Positions 17,656 through 26,892 of a stretch of DNA of 64,000 bases are shown piece by piece. A model generated the notes under the pieces. The model made no database searches. It was not told the origin of the DNA and saw only the letters and a list, made by a program, of their open reading frames with translations. Origin of the DNA: a virus (taxonomy: Duplodnaviria > Caudoviricetes); IMG/VR virus record IMGVR_UViG_3300032221_000294, positions 1 to 64,000 of that record; one strand, written 5' to 3'. How positions within the stretch are numbered: the stretch's first letter is position 1; the number at the start of each line of letters is the position of its first letter. The position numbers and the translations under genes were made by a program.

Positions 17656-18009
17656 TTATTCAGGGGTGTCTTCAAGGATCTCCTTGATTTTGTCTCGCAG
17701 TTCGACGATTGTCGCTGCGCCTTGTTGGTGGCCCATGTACTGACCTTGCTTAGTGAGAAACAGGTAGATTGGCAAATCAATCTCGTAGGTGGGAGAGAGG
17801 CAGTACCGCTCCAAACACTGGTAGATTCTGACTTTCGTCAAGTTGCCGTTGTGGTTGATAACGTCATCAAGAGCGACTTCTTGGTACGCAAGTTCGTCGA
17901 AGTTTTCGAAAGTTGCTCGATCATGCTTGCTCATATGCTTGCAGATGTCGCAGTTATCATCAAAAATCTTGGTGACAATATAGCTTTTACCCGTTGCTGT
18001 GTCAGTCAT
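17656..18009 (-). CDS. Thioredoxin-fold protein
   Basis: CDIC motif and cis-Pro-like DLPIY. Confidence 0.65.
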   Translation of the reverse strand: MTDTATGKSYIVTKIFDDNCDICKHMSKHDRATFENFDELAYQEVALDDVINHNGNLTKVRIYQCLERYCLSPTYEIDLPIYLFLTKQGQYMGHQQGAATIVELRDKIKEILEDTPE

Positions 18010-18386
18010 TGGTTACCCCACTGGGCAAGGACGGCGCGGGCTGCAACTTTGAAAGCTTCTTCATCCATTTTTTTCTGCCAATCGCATTCCCACCAGAAGA
18101 TGTTTTGTAAATCCTCATCAGTAGGGGCCACCGGCTCGGGCTGGGCCAGGCAAGACCCATACCAAAACTTTTTGAACTCTTCTGGGGATGATCTGTCAAA
18201 AGCTTGCGCCATATCGCACAGACGCCGCACTAGATCATTCCGATCCTGAATAAGTTTTTCAGCGTGTTCCTGGCTCACCGTTGCGACCGTGTCATCTGAA
18301 GTGGTGGCAATATCGACGCGGCCATCAACTCGCTTGCCCCAAACGAAATACACTGGGTATTCCTCCTCTATATACTTATCTTTCAT
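18006..18386 (-). CDS. Hypothetical protein with LAQPEPVAPTDE module
   Basis: Shares DNA repeats with the next gene. Confidence 0.6.
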   Translation of the reverse strand: MKDKYIEEEYPVYFVWGKRVDGRVDIATTSDDTVATVSQEHAEKLIQDRNDLVRRLCDMAQAFDRSSPEEFKKFWYGSCLAQPEPVAPTDEDLQNIFWWECDWQKKMDEEAFKVAARAVLAQWGNQ

Positions 18387-18388
18387 GG

Positions 18389-18739
18389 TTAGTGGGCCTG
18401 GCTTGTGTTGTTGGCGGGTGTGCCCCATTTGGCAAGGACGGCGCGGGCGTATTCCACGGCGGCAGTATTAAGTACCACGCGGAAGAGGCCAGGCTTGACT
18501 TGGGCTCCAGTGGCGTCGCTACAAACCTTGGCTGAAAAGCCAAACTCGGCCCGCATGGTTTCGGGCATCAGCTCCAGTAGCTCCTCATCCGTAGGCGCCA
18601 CCGGCTCGGGCTGGGCCAGGGCAGCGCGGGCGCGGGTCACAATGTCAGCGGCTGCATGGCCGAAGTCGTTGAAGTCAAAGTCTGCCGTGGCATCCCAGGT
18701 TTCAACCAGCTCAACGCACAGGGCGCGGTAGTCAGTCAT
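18389..18739 (-). CDS. Hypothetical protein with LAQPEPVAPTDE module
   Basis: MTDYRALC.EL...RARAALAQPEP...ARAVLAKWG. Confidence 0.65.
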   Translation of the reverse strand: MTDYRALCVELVETWDATADFDFNDFGHAAADIVTRARAALAQPEPVAPTDEELLELMPETMRAEFGFSAKVCSDATGAQVKPGLFRVVLNTAAVEYARAVLAKWGTPANNTSQAH

Positions 18740-19088
18740 TAGGTAATGCCTCCAGGGCGCGGCGGACGATGTTGTAAGTGCGCTCTTTATCTTTGGGATC
18801 AGGCTCGCCGTAGATGTAGGTGTCTAGTGCGTCATACGCCTGCTCCTTCAAGCTCGGCGGCTTGGGGCGGCGAGCGGCACGGAGTTGTTCTTCAATCCCT
18901 ATGAAATGCGGGAAATCTTTCAACCACTCACAACACGCCTCCAGCTCCTGGTCGGCACCCCATTGGGCGGCGCGGGTGGCGATGAACTCTGAATACCCGT
19001 AAGGCTTAAAGTGAGCACCTGTCGCTTCTTGATTCCACTCACGCACTAACTCAGGTGGTGGGGTGATAGTAACCTCAGTAGCACTCAC
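18732..19088 (-). CDS. Hypothetical protein
   Basis: ITPPPELV..W...AAQWGADQELEACCEWL...RPKPPSLKEQA. Confidence 0.65.
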   Translation of the reverse strand: MSATEVTITPPPELVREWNQEATGAHFKPYGYSEFIATRAAQWGADQELEACCEWLKDFPHFIGIEEQLRAARRPKPPSLKEQAYDALDTYIYGEPDPKDKERTYNIVRRALEALPND

Positions 19089-19687
19089 TTAATCAATGCC
19101 TCCAACTCAGGGTGCTTTTCACGCACGATCTTCGTGAATCGCGCAATGTGTGAGTTAATCGCCTGCTTTGACATTCCGAACTTCTTGGCAACCTCGCCTT
19201 GACGAAGTTCTGTTTCCCCGAGAAGTCCGTAGCGGGAACACACAATTTGTGCCCGCTTGCTGTCCAGAGAATCGCAACCGGCTAGAACAATCTCGCGAAC
19301 TTTCGCAGAAACCACCTCGTCGCGAACTTCGAACTGATTTGGGTCCTCTAGATTCTTACACCAGTCGGATTGCTCAAGGGAGCGCGGGTATTTCGGATTT
19401 CGGTTTTCTTTGCGGGCTAGACCTTGAACTGCGCCGCGAACCTGCGGGTAAATCCAGGTCATTGGTTTGCAACCGTAGTCGGCGTCAAAAGTCTTGATAG
19501 CTTTTACGATTCCGAGCAAACCCTCTTGCACAAGATCATCCCGGCTGTGCTTCGGAGCCATCCAGGAATACTTGTTAACCAGTTTGTGGACTAGAGGGGT
19601 GTATTGCCGAATCACCTGGGTCACAGCCCGTGCGTCACCTTTTACGGCGTTATAGAAAATTTGGTCGTTAGACATGACATTCATCAA
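19085..19687 (-). CDS. Second sigma-70 family factor
   Basis: DDLVQEGLLGIVKAIKTFD (region 2) and RYGL...EVAKKFGMSKQAI (region 4). Confidence 0.85.
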   Translation of the reverse strand: MMNVMSNDQIFYNAVKGDARAVTQVIRQYTPLVHKLVNKYSWMAPKHSRDDLVQEGLLGIVKAIKTFDADYGCKPMTWIYPQVRGAVQGLARKENRNPKYPRSLEQSDWCKNLEDPNQFEVRDEVVSAKVREIVLAGCDSLDSKRAQIVCSRYGLLGETELRQGEVAKKFGMSKQAINSHIARFTKIVREKHPELEALIK

Positions 19688-19740
19688 CTGTAATCAGTAT
19701 ACCGCGTTTTGGCCATTTTGCAAAGGGGTAAACCGCCCAG

Positions 19741-19761
19741 AAAAGGGGCGGGTATCCGCCC
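19741..19761 (-). terminator. Intrinsic terminator
   Basis: GGGCGG-ATAC-CCGCCC then CTTTT. Confidence 0.6.
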
Positions 19762-19991
19762 TAAAGGTCAAATTCAGAAAGAGCAGCTTCGACCATGCCC
19801 ATCCGCTCTTCCCACCCGACGCCCCCGTCCTTCCCTCGGGAAGGATTTACGCATCTGTCAACCTTCTCGGCAGGAAGTCGGCGGCAGACAAGGGCGTTGA
19901 GGTCTTCGTCTTTTCCGGGTTTGCCGGTTGCCCAGTAGAGTTGGTCTGAGATCCAAGTTGCGCCGCAAATTGGGCAGTTTCGGTTTGACAT
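19761..19991 (-). CDS. Cys-containing hypothetical protein
   Basis: CPICGA.W....LYWATG...DL..LVC...C.NP. Confidence 0.6.
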   Translation of the reverse strand: MSNRNCPICGATWISDQLYWATGKPGKDEDLNALVCRRLPAEKVDRCVNPSRGKDGGVGWEERMGMVEAALSEFDL

Positions 19992-20446
19992 AGGTCTGAG
20001 TCCGTGTAATAAAGAACTTTCACTCTCGCTTCGTATAACAACTCATTCGCAAGAAGAAAGTTCGACACCCACCGATCTGGACCGTCTTTTGGGTCAGGGC
20101 AAACAACTTTCTCGACCCCGGCTTGAATCAACGCAGAGGCGCATTGAGAACAAGGAGGCCATGTAATGTAGGCAGTGGCGTCTTCGCTTGAGGATCCGTT
20201 TTTTGCAGCGTTGAAAATCGCATTTTTCTCTGCGTGAATTGTGGTGGCTAACTTAAAATCACGGTCGCTGTAACGTTCGAGAGAGTCGGAGAGACTAGCC
20301 GGAAAGCCATTGTATCCCGTGCTAATAATTCGACGATCTTTAACTAACACGCAGCCGCATTTTGTACTCGGGTCTTTCGACCAAGATTGCACTTCTTGGG
20401 CAATCCTAAGGAATCGGTGATCCCAGTGGTTCAGATAGGTATTCAA
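19847..20446 (-). CDS. dCMP deaminase
   Basis: SKDPSTK.G, TGYNG, HAE.NA, PCSQC. Confidence 0.9.
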   Translation of the reverse strand: MNTYLNHWDHRFLRIAQEVQSWSKDPSTKCGCVLVKDRRIISTGYNGFPASLSDSLERYSDRDFKLATTIHAEKNAIFNAAKNGSSSEDATAYITWPPCSQCASALIQAGVEKVVCPDPKDGPDRWVSNFLLANELLYEARVKVLYYTDSDLCQTETAQFAAQLGSQTNSTGQPANPEKTKTSTPLSAADFLPRRLTDA

Positions 20447-20684
20447 TGTAGTCGGTTAGCGCAGCGGCGAAATGAGAGCAGACGTCGGACAGGTCTTTGA
20501 AGGTTAGGCCGGCATCGTCAGAAGTGTGAACGAAACCGTCCCAGCATGCTAAAACTTCTGAGACGCCGTATTCCACTTGCATGAAACTCGTAGCGTCCGA
20601 CAACAGACGATCCACCTTGCGGTAAATCATCATGCGATCGAAAGAGACTTGAGATGCGTTCATCATAAGATTAACGGTTGTCAC
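20406..20684 (-). CDS. Hypothetical protein
   Basis: Fills the gap in the operon with short overlaps. Confidence 0.5.
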   Translation of the reverse strand: MTTVNLMMNASQVSFDRMMIYRKVDRLLSDATSFMQVEYGVSEVLACWDGFVHTSDDAGLTFKDLSDVCSHFAAALTDYIEYLSEPLGSPIP

Positions 20685-21000
20685 CAGAACCAGCGATCAC
20701 TCCTCGCTCAGCGCGAGAAGCAAGTTTGTCAAGGTTCATTTGGGCGATATCCTCCAGAGGGTAATCCATCTCGTAGGATAGCACTGCGAGGTACCACATT
20801 ACGTCCCCGAGTTCTTTCGCAACTTTGTCACGAACTTCATCGGTCAGGATTCCGTCGTTGTCGCGAATAACCTTTTTCAGTTTGTCTGCAACTTCCCCGG
20901 CTTCACCAACGAGACCCAACGCAGGGTAGACGAAATTTGCACCCTGGTTGGGGTAAACCGCAGTGCTAAGGGCCGAGGTTTGGTAGCTGTTTAGGTCCAT
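20671..21000 (-). CDS. MazG-like NTP pyrophosphohydrolase
   Basis: LGLVGEAGEV..K.KK..RD, KELGDVMWY, N..KL..R; GTTTAC-N17-TATACT at 21022-21050. Confidence 0.9.
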   Translation of the reverse strand: MDLNSYQTSALSTAVYPNQGANFVYPALGLVGEAGEVADKLKKVIRDNDGILTDEVRDKVAKELGDVMWYLAVLSYEMDYPLEDIAQMNLDKLASRAERGVIAGSGDNR

Positions 21001-21050
21001 TTAGTTTGTGTATCCGAGGGGAGTATAGGCGGGCAGGCGGTCAGGTAAAC

Positions 21051-21563
21051 CTAGAACCCGACGTCCACCTCACGGGCGCACCCTTGCTCAACAAGGTCGT
21101 CCCAGTCCATCAGAGCAGCTCCCAACGTAAATTTGACGCTGGTGGTGGTTTTACCCGCGAAGTTTGCCACCTCAGCCAGGAGTTGACTGTAAAAGGCAAT
21201 TTCCGATACGAATTCTGTCACTAAAAGCGTTGGAATGAAAACCATCGCTGACATCTCGTTCCCCTCTACGATGAAGTACATCGTGATAGGTTCACCCACC
21301 CGGCTGAAAGTAAAAGTGTGAACGATGTCGTCGTTTTTCTTGCGAATCTCAACAAGCAATTTATTCCAGCTGGCTTCTTCTTTTTTCTGAAGAGTCTCAA
21401 CGTTCTTTGCCACCCACTCAGGATTGAAATCGTAACCGTAATCGTTCGCAGCGTCGGCTACAACGGTAACGCCAGTCAGGTATACGCCCAGGAGGTCACT
21501 CTTACCTTTCTTAACGACTAGATTCTTTAGGAATGTTTGCGGGTCAGTGTACTTTTGAGTCAT
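21051..21563 (-). CDS. Hypothetical protein
   Basis: Start placed at MTQKYTDP. Confidence 0.55.
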   Translation of the reverse strand: MTQKYTDPQTFLKNLVVKKGKSDLLGVYLTGVTVVADAANDYGYDFNPEWVAKNVETLQKKEEASWNKLLVEIRKKNDDIVHTFTFSRVGEPITMYFIVEGNEMSAMVFIPTLLVTEFVSEIAFYSQLLAEVANFAGKTTTSVKFTLGAALMDWDDLVEQGCAREVDVGF

Positions 21564-21963
21564 TGTTGTACTTCTTTTGGGAGGTTTGCGGTAGATCCTG
21601 GTAGATGATGTGTCCACCGTTTTCCACGGTCTTAGTGGGATCATGAGGCAGAACTTCGCGAGTGTTGTTCCCCACTCGGTTCATTCGCATTTTTCCTTCT
21701 TTTCCGAACTCGGGGTGAGTACGAAGGAGATCTCTGGCATTTCGCTTTGACTCGATCGAGAAGTCTCCGAAATAACGCTTAGTAGCATCGTCTTCGGAGA
21801 AAGCCTGCATGTCCTGGTCTTTTCTCGATTTGATTTTGCGCTCTAAAGATCTCTTCAGTTCGAAATCTCCAGCAGCGTTACGATACTTTTGCGTTGGCGT
21901 ACCAGCACTGTTAATAGGTGTTGGTGCGTCCGGTGTATTGCTGCTGAAGAACTCGCTACTCAT
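21544..21963 (-). CDS. Hypothetical protein
   Basis: ORF in a coupled run. Confidence 0.55.
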   Translation of the reverse strand: MSSEFFSSNTPDAPTPINSAGTPTQKYRNAAGDFELKRSLERKIKSRKDQDMQAFSEDDATKRYFGDFSIESKRNARDLLRTHPEFGKEGKMRMNRVGNNTREVLPHDPTKTVENGGHIIYQDLPQTSQKKYNNDSKVH

Positions 21964-22343
21964 GTCAAAGGAAGACGTAAGGATGGTACGAAAACGTTTT
22001 CGCCAACGCGGCGAATTCCAACCACGTATTTTGAAGAGAAGTATTCCCCTGGCTGGGGGATCACATAGTTAAACTTGATAATCTGCCAAAGGGGGCAGAG
22101 GAAGAAAGAATGCTCGAGACTTTCAGTGCCTTTCGCGTACAGCTTGGCAAGCAGACGCGGAGTGTACTGTTCACAAAGGCATTCAATCTCTTGAACAGTG
22201 CCAATCTTGTCATAAAGGTTCGCAGGGTCATCACAACAGGTGAAGCCTTCCGACTCCAGCTGAGTTTTCAACCGTGCTTGCTTTTGACATTCATAAGAAA
22301 ATGCGTCCACCGTGGTAGTCTCGAGAGAGTTAGTTACAGTCAT
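21960..22343 (-). CDS. Hypothetical protein
   Basis: Start placed at MTVTNSLE after the helicase stop. Confidence 0.55.
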   Translation of the reverse strand: MTVTNSLETTTVDAFSYECQKQARLKTQLESEGFTCCDDPANLYDKIGTVQEIECLCEQYTPRLLAKLYAKGTESLEHSFFLCPLWQIIKFNYVIPQPGEYFSSKYVVGIRRVGENVFVPSLRLPLT

Positions 22344-22353
22344 ATTATACCCC

Positions 22354-24339
22354 TCAAGAGATGGTTTCAAGGCGAAGCAGCTTTTCCCGAGCGACAGATC
22401 GGAACTTCTCAGCGCGATCGGGTGAGTAGTGCTTGTTTTCCAACCACTTATCATAACAACGCTCTTCCGGGTTACTCAGACGTATTCGATCGAATCCTTC
22501 GATTTCCTCGATAAGTTCTTGACCCTCCATCTGCAATTCTTCGCTCGCGTGACGCATGTTTTCCCAGTTCTCGATCACGTAGTTCGCAGAACCACCGATC
22601 TTGAAGCCGTCTCGCATCACCAGCTTTTCCATGATATCTTTGATCACTTCCGCAGTGGTCGTGTTCCCAGTGGAGTTTCGCCCAAACTGCTCGTAATAAG
22701 ACACAGCTTTCTTGATCGACTCCCAACGAATCTCACGAAAACCTTGATAGTAGTGCGTAGACGGCCTACCGGCGAGTTCCCAGTGTTTCTTCATCCTGGT
22801 CATCATCTGAAGTCCCGACGGGTCGACTCCGAGGAAGTAGAAGTGGTCTAGGCATTCCTGAAGCATTTCCGGCGTGAGTTCAGGGATTTCCGTGTTTCCT
22901 GTCCTGAGCATCCACGCGAATGCCATGCCATTGACGAGCGCCTGTGTAACATCCGCCTTGAAACGGATCCTCTGCCGAGTCGTCCAGTACCGGACCTCGA
23001 CTTGGAGCCGGTTAATTGACGGGTCACGAGTGTCGTTAATAACTTCCCAGAATCGATCAGTTGCCAGTCGCAAGCACCACAGATAAAGAGCCTCTTGGCT
23101 GACCCCGAGTTTGTCCGCAAGGTACGGGATATGTGCCCGTGGGCGGAGATCCGGCGAGCCCTCCGATAAGGTTCCCTCAAGATTCTCCCGATTCTTGGCA
23201 ACCTCGTATTCGCGGTAGGTCGATATGATTTTGATCCGGTCAATAATGCCAGGGTCGAGGTCATAAGCGAACTTGCTGTTCCAGTCGTTGGAGTTAACCA
23301 GGATAACAGTCTTCGGCCATATCTGCTCAGAGTTTTGGAACTTTTCTTCGACTTGGAACAGGCCATTGGTAATCAGGATTTTAGTTTCTTCGGCTGCGAG
23401 GAACTTCTTGAGCGAGGTGAGACTCGTGTCGTCTTTGTAGGCAACGTCGCTGAGAGCTGCGGCTTTGAGTCCGAATCGGTCTTCAGTTGATTTGAAGGTG
23501 TGGGTGACGAATCCACAGCGTTGGAGAGCTGCGGTGAGACCATTGAACAGGGTTGACTTTCCGAGACCAGCGTCTTTCCCCACGATGACACCAGCCATTC
23601 GGGCAGTATGGTCAACTGGTTCTGATCGACCTGGTGGTAAGTGATTTGCACGTCCGACGCCCACCCGACCGAGAATAAGCCTGAGCATTTCCTGCTCGGC
23701 TTCGGGGAAGATTGTGAAAACATCAGAAAAAGTAACTGCGTTAAGCGCAGGGTCAAACCAATCCCGGTCAGGAACCCAGATACGAGGGTTAAGAACAGGT
23801 TGGCCACCCCAACGACCAACCGGGTCAAAGGTGTGTCCATAATCAAGCGTTTGGTGGATATTTTTCGTTTGATTCACCCGCTTCATCTTGAGCAGGCGCT
23901 CAGTAAACGAGGAGAGATCGTTATCGCCCGCTTTCGGGCGAAAAAGCGGTTCCCAAAAGGTTCGCACCTCGGGTTCACATGTGTCAGGGTGAAATGCAGC
24001 CTCGATCAACTCGAAGTGAGCGTCGGTGCAAATGTCCTGCAAAGGCTCAAAAGAGTTGGGATATTTGATTCCCTTAATTTGCTCAGGCGGTTGCGGACGA
24101 AGAATGCGGTGGTTGACGTGGTCGCCGATTTCATTGAGTTCCACTCGGAAACCCCGAGCCTCAAGAAGCGCGATTCCAGCCTTGTAAAGCTCCGACACTT
24201 TCACGGGAGCTTTCTTGTCTTCCTCCTCTTTCTTAGCTGAAGAACCAAAAGAGCGAGCTTTTTTCCTCTCTTTAACCTTCCCAAGAATTTCAATTTCTTG
24301 TTTCGTGGTGCCTGCGGCCCCTGAAAAAGGGTCAGCCAT
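22354..24339 (-). CDS. SF3/D5-like DNA helicase
   Basis: Walker A GKDAGLGKST, Walker B YKDD, motif C ILVNSN, Arg finger IIDRI. Confidence 0.75.
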   Translation of the reverse strand: MADPFSGAAGTTKQEIEILGKVKERKKARSFGSSAKKEEEDKKAPVKVSELYKAGIALLEARGFRVELNEIGDHVNHRILRPQPPEQIKGIKYPNSFEPLQDICTDAHFELIEAAFHPDTCEPEVRTFWEPLFRPKAGDNDLSSFTERLLKMKRVNQTKNIHQTLDYGHTFDPVGRWGGQPVLNPRIWVPDRDWFDPALNAVTFSDVFTIFPEAEQEMLRLILGRVGVGRANHLPPGRSEPVDHTARMAGVIVGKDAGLGKSTLFNGLTAALQRCGFVTHTFKSTEDRFGLKAAALSDVAYKDDTSLTSLKKFLAAEETKILITNGLFQVEEKFQNSEQIWPKTVILVNSNDWNSKFAYDLDPGIIDRIKIISTYREYEVAKNRENLEGTLSEGSPDLRPRAHIPYLADKLGVSQEALYLWCLRLATDRFWEVINDTRDPSINRLQVEVRYWTTRQRIRFKADVTQALVNGMAFAWMLRTGNTEIPELTPEMLQECLDHFYFLGVDPSGLQMMTRMKKHWELAGRPSTHYYQGFREIRWESIKKAVSYYEQFGRNSTGNTTTAEVIKDIMEKLVMRDGFKIGGSANYVIENWENMRHASEELQMEGQELIEEIEGFDRIRLSNPEERCYDKWLENKHYSPDRAEKFRSVAREKLLRLETIS

Positions 24340-24368
24340 ATTTTAGTTTGGATAGTTGTTTCCGTTCG

Positions 24369-24404
24369 AGTATAGCAAAAAGCCCCAGCCGGTAAGGCCA
24401 GGGC
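24369..24404 (-). terminator. Terminator overlapping an early-type promoter
   Basis: GCCCTGGCC-TTACC-GGCTGGGGC-TTTTT; CCTTAC-N17-TATACT spans it. Confidence 0.65.
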
Positions 24405-24419
24405 AGACTGTCAAAAGAT

Positions 24420-25388
24420 TCAGAAGTCTAGATCAAAGGAGTCGGGATCTTCAGCAAAGGCAATCACTTTCAGAATGCACTTCGCAGTCGGGAATCCATT
24501 ATACTCACCATGTTCAAGAACACGCAGAGTAGCCGGGGAATCCAGAGTGATCAAAGGCTCGGCAGCGAGAACCTTCTTGAGAGCAGAGTTCGGGCGAACA
24601 ATGCACCAATCGGTAACTTCGGTTTCTACGTCCATCCACTCCCCGTCAACTTCCGCGCGAACGGGAGCGGTGAAGGGCTCAGTTACCTGAGCTTGAAGGA
24701 AGTAGTCGGTGCCGTATTGACCACCTTCTTTAGCACGATACGTTGTGATCTTGTAATCACCGATCGGCAGGTGTGCCACCTTCAGGAAGGGGCCAACCAT
24801 CCGCTCGCCACCACCTTCTCCGCGCTTGGAGAGATCCGAGGCAAGCTGAACTTTCTCAGCGATTGCTTCAGGGTTTTCGTCCAGAAGCAGGTCGAGAAGA
24901 TCGGCGCTGATTTTGTCTTCGTAGTCGACAGACCGGATAGGAATCGGCAGAGTGTACAGAGTGCCGTCAAACGTTGTGGAAACGCTGAGGACGGGTTCTG
25001 TGAACTTGCCAATCTGCTCTTCCTTGAAGGCAAATTTGGTTCCTTTCGGGGCGGAAGAGGTAGAGATCTTGCCGGGTTGAACGTCCAGGATGATATCCTG
25101 GTCACCCCAGCGAATCACAAGACCCTTTTCTGCAGTCGAGAAAACGGTTGGAGAGTAAAGACGCTTGAACACACCGTTAGCGTCCGCCCGGACGGTAAAA
25201 GTGCTTCCAGATTCTTCCAGATCTTCACCGGTTAGGGCATTGAAGATCGCATTGAGAGCAACTCGCAGACTCTCGGGAAGAGCGGAGTTCGGGATGTCAG
25301 TGTATGCCCTGCTGTAGCTTTTGCTTTCGAGCCGAGCGCGATTACGCTCGTCGAGGTTGGGGCTGATTTTGAAAGTTTGAGTAGCCAT
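24420..25388 (-). CDS. Probable replication protein (SSB-like acidic tail)
   Basis: Beta-rich, ends EDPDSFDLDF, upstream of the helicase; GTTTAC-N16-TATAGT at 25445-25472. Confidence 0.45.
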   Translation of the reverse strand: MATQTFKISPNLDERNRARLESKSYSRAYTDIPNSALPESLRVALNAIFNALTGEDLEESGSTFTVRADANGVFKRLYSPTVFSTAEKGLVIRWGDQDIILDVQPGKISTSSAPKGTKFAFKEEQIGKFTEPVLSVSTTFDGTLYTLPIPIRSVDYEDKISADLLDLLLDENPEAIAEKVQLASDLSKRGEGGGERMVGPFLKVAHLPIGDYKITTYRAKEGGQYGTDYFLQAQVTEPFTAPVRAEVDGEWMDVETEVTDWCIVRPNSALKKVLAAEPLITLDSPATLRVLEHGEYNGFPTAKCILKVIAFAEDPDSFDLDF

Positions 25389-25473
25389 TTTGAGTATCAG
25401 TAAGAATGCGGGTATCTGACCTTATTGCCAGCGCATTCAACCTTACTATAGCGGCACCGTGAGCGGGTAAACT

Positions 25474-26889
25474 CTACCCTCGGAACGGGCTCACCGGTAT
25501 GCTGACTGGCCCCGTTGGTACCGCTGCCGTCGGTGCTGCCGAGCTCGGTGTAATAATCCAGGCGTACTCTTCCCACTTTTCTAATGTTGATAGAGTTTTG
25601 GCTTTCTCAAGGAACTTTTGGCCGCTAGCTTGGCTCATTAGCGTGGAGGGAATTCCGTAGGTTCTGCTTGCTGTTACACTAATGTCGACGCCGCCATCAG
25701 TTTGATTGTAGTCGACTGTGTTAACAATCCAGTCCTCAATGTCGTCCACCCCTTGAGGATTTAGCTTAGGAATATAAACAATGTCATAAGGTTTAATACC
25801 AACCAGTGCAGGAACCAGAAATGTGCTAAAACTTAGCTGAGCTGCCGCTTCCTGCTGCTGGTATATTTGTTTGTTTGGGCCAACAGAATCTTCTGCAACG
25901 CTAATCCCGGGGTTGGGTGAAGCAAGAGCGGTGTTTCTCACAGCCCCGACCCCTTCCGTCCTGCTTACCTGAGTTTCAACTGGTGTGTTCTTTCCGCTCT
26001 TGTTTTTCGATTTGCTTGGCGTGGCCGTTTTTTTCGGTGTTGGCGCCTGCATCTGCTGAGGGGGAGACCACCGAAACGTCCTCTCCATCGTGCTAATTAC
26101 ACTGGGTCCAGTCAAGTACCCGTATCGTACCGCAGGGTCAAAGAATTGGTTGTACCCTACGCTCTGCCCGTCCAACACAACGTCCTCTTTGCCGTCGTAT
26201 TGAAAAGGAGTGAATACAACCAGTTTCGAAGCGGTTTCAGTTCGTCCGGTAATTGGGCCGGTGTCAGAAGTTACTTTGTCAGAAACTATATTAGCGGAGA
26301 ATACGTAGTTTCCATTTTCTTTGACAATGTTATTGATCGCTGAGACAAAAGTAGTGTCGCGAGTGTATTGGTTAAAGATTTTATTGTCCTGTAGGTCTTT
26401 CTGAGCGGCGGCAGTATATCGAATCAGTTTGAATTTTTCAACGGCAAATGATTTCTCAGTCTTCGTAATTGCACTTTGCATCGACATCGCATCGTCAGCG
26501 TTATTTGCCACGCTTCGAACGGTTGCGTTGATCAGACCACTAAGCTCGGACAGTAGGGTAACGCGCAGAGCCATGGAGTTTCCGTAGGTGTACTGGTTTC
26601 CACCCCAAATCCAAACCATCGAAATCTTTTTCTTCCCCAAGTACCCGAAAGTTGTTACAATTTGGTCGTCGGCGTTGTTTTTAAGCAACTCTTCGTACAC
26701 TTCGTACGCACCCGCCGTTGGCGCCCACATCATTGAGCCGCTTGGGTTATCCGCTTCCCTTGGCAGTGTGCATTCAACTTTGTAAACTAGCGGTTCACCT
26801 TTTGGGTAGTTTCCGGATCCATCGTAAGATGTTAAGTTTACTTTCCCCCAGTACACTTCAACGCGGGGGATGATTAGATTTCCTGCCAT
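25474..26889 (-). CDS. Probable baseplate hub/tail protein
   Basis: Directly after the tape measure; C-terminal P...GIKP.D.V...W.V..V.Y pattern of hub proteins. Confidence 0.55.
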   Translation of the reverse strand: MAGNLIIPRVEVYWGKVNLTSYDGSGNYPKGEPLVYKVECTLPREADNPSGSMMWAPTAGAYEVYEELLKNNADDQIVTTFGYLGKKKISMVWIWGGNQYTYGNSMALRVTLLSELSGLINATVRSVANNADDAMSMQSAITKTEKSFAVEKFKLIRYTAAAQKDLQDNKIFNQYTRDTTFVSAINNIVKENGNYVFSANIVSDKVTSDTGPITGRTETASKLVVFTPFQYDGKEDVVLDGQSVGYNQFFDPAVRYGYLTGPSVISTMERTFRWSPPQQMQAPTPKKTATPSKSKNKSGKNTPVETQVSRTEGVGAVRNTALASPNPGISVAEDSVGPNKQIYQQQEAAAQLSFSTFLVPALVGIKPYDIVYIPKLNPQGVDDIEDWIVNTVDYNQTDGGVDISVTASRTYGIPSTLMSQASGQKFLEKAKTLSTLEKWEEYAWIITPSSAAPTAAVPTGPVSIPVSPFRG

Positions 26890-26892
26890 AGT

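Noticed and set aside
19733-19761. Alternative CCGCCC pairing as an antiterminator before the second sigma
   Set aside because: The competing arm lies 3' of the U-tract on the minus-strand RNA, so it could not pre-empt termination.
17986-21156. GGGTAAAA copies at about 17986 and 21149
   Set aside because: Intragenic, encode Gly-Lys and have no start codon at the usual distance; probably chance.
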